From a virus (taxonomy: Duplodnaviria; Caudoviricetes), in the IMG/VR virus record IMGVR_UViG_3300025154_000119, positions 1 to 56,253 of that record: a stretch of DNA of 56,253 bases; one strand, written 5' to 3'. The position numbers were made by a program, and so were the translations under genes. Of the stretch, positions 55,791 to 56,253 are shown one piece after another. Each line of letters starts with the position of its first letter. Position 1 is the stretch's first letter. The notes beneath the pieces were generated by a model, which did no database searches, was not told the DNA's origin, and worked only from the letters and a program-made list of their open reading frames with translations.

Positions 55791-56253
55791 TTAATCTTCG
55801 AAAAATTTACCATCCACGTACTGGAGGGCATCGCTGTCCTGTTTCACGGCCTCGATGCAGATGGCTTCTGACTGATCCTTCACGTACTGGAGCGCATCGC
55901 CGTTACGTTTCACGGCCTCGATGCAGATGGCTTCTGACTGATCCTTCACGTACCGGAGCGCATAGCCGTCCTGTTTCACGGCCTCGATGCAGATGGCTTC
56001 TGACTGATCCTTCACGTACCGGAGCGCATAGCCGTTACGTTTCACGGCCTCGATGCAGATGGCTTCTGACTGATCCTTCACGTACTGGAGGGCATAGCCG
56101 TCCTGTTTCACGGCCTCGATGCAGATGGCTTCTGACTGATCCTTCACGTACTGGAGGGCATCGCTGTCCTGTTTCACGGCCTCGATGCAGATGGCTTCTG
56201 ACTGATCCTTCACGTACTGGAGCGCATCGCCGTTACGTTTCACGGCCTCGATG
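55791..56253 (-). CDS. DUF4116-like 22-aa repeat protein, 5'-truncated by window edge
   Basis: Repeats ICIEAVKxxxxALxYVKDQSEA; frame open to the edge. Confidence 0.85.
   Translation of the reverse strand, partial: IEAVKRNGDALQYVKDQSEAICIEAVKQDSDALQYVKDQSEAICIEAVKQDGYALQYVKDQSEAICIEAVKRNGYALRYVKDQSEAICIEAVKQDGYALRYVKDQSEAICIEAVKRNGDALQYVKDQSEAICIEAVKQDSDALQYVDGKFFED
55815..56253. repeat. 66-bp tandem repeat, at least 6.6 near-identical units
   Basis: CACGTA recurs at 55815, 55881, 55947, 56013, 56079, 56145, 56211. Confidence 0.95.

Noticed and set aside
55815-56253. Possible CRISPR array
   Set aside because: Units are contiguous 66-bp coding repeats with no unique spacers, and no cas genes are present.
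1-56253. Integrated prophage with host flanks
   Set aside because: Phage genes lie on both sides of an intact attP and no host housekeeping genes were found.

Overview
The window is most of the genome of a temperate, podovirus-type tailed phage. I found no host housekeeping genes. It appears to be in the excised, circular state: an intact attP at about 43270-43431 has a 28-bp core matching a tmRNA-type 3' end, flanked on both sides by IHF consensus sites and paired arm-type repeats. Order: 3' end of hicB; two leftward lipoprotein genes; a divergent cI/cro switch with a palindromic operator; an antisense island with an unannotated 30-aa hydrophobic peptide; an O-like initiator with seven internal iterons; DnaB, DUF5664 and VRR-NUC genes; a Zn-ribbon regulator; terminase, portal, scaffold, capsid, two adaptors, nozzle and a 1202-aa fibre; ejection proteins; a 2963-aa polyvalent protein (ParB-like, JAB, zincin and MuF-C-like modules); lysis genes; a second fibre module of the rope-plus-subunit type; attP and integrase; and a leftward early operon (SF2 helicase, DUF5131, MBL/RecT-like/SMC-like trio) ending in a DUF4116-like 22-aa repeat gene cut by the window edge. 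The strongest unannotated signal is the palindrome ATAGCGCTAT, found 48-49 bp upstream of a -10-like hexamer in front of each of the three late gene blocks, which suggests a late regulon driven by the adjacent Zn-ribbon protein. All family assignments come from recognising motifs by eye; no searches were run.
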